DNA of 64,000 nucleotides from Alphaproteobacteria bacterium (GTDB lineage Bacteria; Pseudomonadota; Alphaproteobacteria; Rs-D84): NCBI GenBank assembly GCA_017642585.1, contig JAGCOR010000021.1, positions 4,771 to 68,770 of the forward strand, read 5' to 3'. Shown piece by piece: positions 62,061 to 64,000 of this stretch (position 1 is its first letter; each line of letters starts with the position of its first letter). The notes under the pieces were generated by a model. It saw only the letters and a program-made list of their open reading frames with translations, ran no database searches and was not told where the DNA came from. The position numbers and the translations under genes were made by a program.

Positions 62061-64000
62061 TTATTCCATTTCAACGGTTATAGGTGGGTAACAATCGCCA
62101 CCAGAATCAGGACAACAATTCCATCCATCTTCACCCATATCTGTAAATGTTTCGCCAGTACAACAACCATCTGCATCAGGAGAAGTACCATCTTCACATG
62201 TTAATCCTTCTTCTTCTGGCAGGACAGCTGCTTTTGCAGGTTTTTCCCATGGATTAATAATATCTCCATCATCATTATAGGACAGACCCAAAATATCTTC
62301 ATTGTATGCCTTTAATTGATCGCCAGTTCTGTCTGCGCCACCATATTTTTCATCAAATTTCTTTTGTGTTTGTTCTGAATAAACCTTGTTCTTGGCCATA
62401 TTGATAGATTCATAATTCAATGATTCACAATACATATAAACTGTTCTGTAATCATACCCCGATTCAGCCCAGTTATCCCCGATGGTCTTTTTGCCTGTTT
62501 TAGGATCATCATCACAATATTTATCACCCAGATTGAAACTTCTGGATTGACCAATCCATGAAGAATCTGTTCTATCAACTTTAACTTTGCCTTTCAAAGT
62601 TTCCCAAGAACGACGTGGATTTGTTCCCAATGAAATCATCGAACATTTCTTACCTGGTTGTTCATTACATGATACAATCAAATCAACCGGTGAAAACACA
62701 TTGATACGTGTGCCCGCGGCAATTGAAAATGGTGGTGTGGTATTTGACATAACATCAACCAATAATTTTTGTGCAACTTTGTTCCATGTATCTATGACGG
62801 TTTGTTTTGCCATTTCAGATGAACGCATAGTGCCAGATTGAACGATGGTGTTGCTGTCCAAATTAATTTGATTTACAACTGTATCTGCAATTGGTGCAAT
62901 CATATTAACCGCGGCGGGAACCAAAGATGTCAAAATTGGCATAACCATTTGTTCCATATAATCGGTGCTGCCATGGCCAGGAACACCAACACGTCCCTGG
63001 GCATCGCCAGAATAGGGGTCTTGGCCATCTTCAAAATTAAATTCGACACCATTTGGTAATATGAATTGATACCATTTAATATTCATACGACCGACCGCTT
63101 GATATGGACCCGGTAAATCACCATCCAAATACCCCATTAATAATGTTCCCGTTGGAATTATAACTGTGCGACCATCATCGGAATACACATTACGATCAAC
63201 GGTTGCACGCACAGGAATACTATGATTTTTGTCGGGGTCGCATGCACCTTTTGTAATATCCCCTGTACATCCATATACACTGGGGTCTGCACGTACTTCT
63301 GATACAATTGTTGCAGGAATTGGTTTAAATTGACGCAACATAAACGTTCTGTCATATGCCATCGATGACGTAACAGATTCAGCCCCAGAACCTACCAACT
63401 TAGCTTCTGCAACTTCATTTGTCCATTCAGGGCTATCGCTTGCGAATTCCATTGTACCACCAGACCAATCCCAACCTGCATCATCACTGAATACACCGTC
63501 ACTTGGCAAAGACATAGTTTCTGGTGATGACAATTGTGGAATGGACAGGTTTCTGGCCCTTACATTTCTGTATCCTATGTGATCTGCGTCTGTACCCATT
63601 CTGGAACCATCTTCCAAAGATGTAATAACACCCGTTTTGAAATCATATTTACCAGTTGGATTTGAACAATCTTTGTCGGAAAATGGATGGAAATAATTTG
63701 CGCCACCTTCGGGTTTTATCCAACCAATTTGAGTACCAGATTTATCATATCCTGGAATCGCAAAATCAGAACATTTTTCCGGTGGTAATTGAAATTCTGG
63801 TTCTGGATCTGGTTCTTTGAAAACCTTTTTCGGTGCAATAACATCTATTTCTTTTTTGATTTGTTCTTTGACCGGTTCTGCAACTGGCTCTTCTTCTTCG
63901 TCAGTTTCTTCTTCTTCCGTTTCTTCCTCTTCTTCCACTACATCTTCTTCATCTTCTGTGACGGGCTCTTCTTCTGGTTCTGGCTTTTTTTCTTCGACCG
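62061..64000 (-). CDS. virB10: VirB10/TrbI-family type IV secretion protein, 5'-partial (frame open to window edge)
   Basis: TrbI core IPTGTLLMGYL...GRMNIKWYQFILPNGVEF...GDAQGRVGVPGHGSTDY...PPFSIAAGTRINVFSPVDL. The GTG at 63938 is not the true start, because the acidic reading frame continues to 64000. Confidence 0.8.
   Translation of the reverse strand, partial: VEEKKPEPEEEPVTEDEEDVVEEEEETEEEETDEEEEPVAEPVKEQIKKEIDVIAPKKVFKEPDPEPEFQLPPEKCSDFAIPGYDKSGTQIGWIKPEGGANYFHPFSDKDCSNPTGKYDFKTGVITSLEDGSRMGTDADHIGYRNVRARNLSIPQLSSPETMSLPSDGVFSDDAGWDWSGGTMEFASDSPEWTNEVAEAKLVGSGAESVTSSMAYDRTFMLRQFKPIPATIVSEVRADPSVYGCTGDITKGACDPDKNHSIPVRATVDRNVYSDDGRTVIIPTGTLLMGYLDGDLPGPYQAVGRMNIKWYQFILPNGVEFNFEDGQDPYSGDAQGRVGVPGHGSTDYMEQMVMPILTSLVPAAVNMIAPIADTVVNQINLDSNTIVQSGTMRSSEMAKQTVIDTWNKVAQKLLVDVMSNTTPPFSIAAGTRINVFSPVDLIVSCNEQPGKKCSMISLGTNPRRSWETLKGKVKVDRTDSSWIGQSRSFNLGDKYCDDDPKTGKKTIGDNWAESGYDYRTVYMYCESLNYESINMAKNKVYSEQTQKKFDEKYGGADRTGDQLKAYNEDILGLSYNDDGDIINPWEKPAKAAVLPEEEGLTCEDGTSPDADGCCTGETFTDMGEDGWNCCPDSGGDCYPPITVEME

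Noticed and set aside
1-64000. Search for CRISPR arrays, rRNA, IS transposases, integrases, reverse transcriptases and toxin-antitoxin pairs
   Set aside because: I found no short, regularly spaced direct repeats. No ORF shows DDE, tyrosine/serine-recombinase or YxDD signatures. The only repeats are the tRNA-Gln-associated units and the mini-ORF duplication, both reported above.

Overview
This is a visibly AT-rich bacterial chromosome segment. It most resembles an alphaproteobacterial intracellular or symbiont lineage (Rickettsiales/Holosporales-like). That placement is an inference from a DUF2312/GapR-like gene, a short ValRS, a VirB10/TrbI gene, and many orphan exported or eukaryote-like proteins. 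Both flanks are housekeeping. The left flank (0.2-16.6 kb) carries rpmE, a catalytically degenerate SuhB-like gene, PBP1A-mraY-ftsW-murG, comF, valS, an acyl-ACP thioesterase, rpmH (50 aa, absent from the ORF track), gyrA and a MerR regulator. The right flank (38.9-61 kb) carries a marR-tolC-adaptor-RND efflux operon, rmuC, def-fmt-truA, comEC, pyrG, pyk, a DD-carboxypeptidase-SPOR fusion, recR, rsmA, a CPA2 antiporter, lspA and yidC. The centre (about 16.6-38.7 kb) is a flexible region of mostly family-less genes punctuated by tRNA-Glu and tRNA-Gln. It contains: (1) a translationally coupled pair of exported glycine-zipper proteins, one of them a 1040-aa Cys-rich giant; (2) a polyproline protein with an internal duplication; (3) a small envelope/glycan cluster; (4) two about 600-aa paralogs flanking a SemiSWEET-like gene, the second coupled to a nucleotidyltransferase and a P-loop kinase; (5) a possible CE-clan (Ulp1-like) protease; (6) a recombination hot spot at the 3' end of tRNA-Gln. 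The hot spot has three copies of the tRNA 3' segment, two about 160-bp direct repeats, and an EEP-nuclease/phosphatase gene bounded by 16-bp inverted repeats. No integrase is visible there. The right edge holds the end of a type IV secretion operon: a partial VirB10/TrbI with a polyacidic region and a Cys-rich C-terminal extension. I saw no rRNA, CRISPR array, IS transposase or integrase. All functional calls rest on motif recognition by eye, not on database searches.
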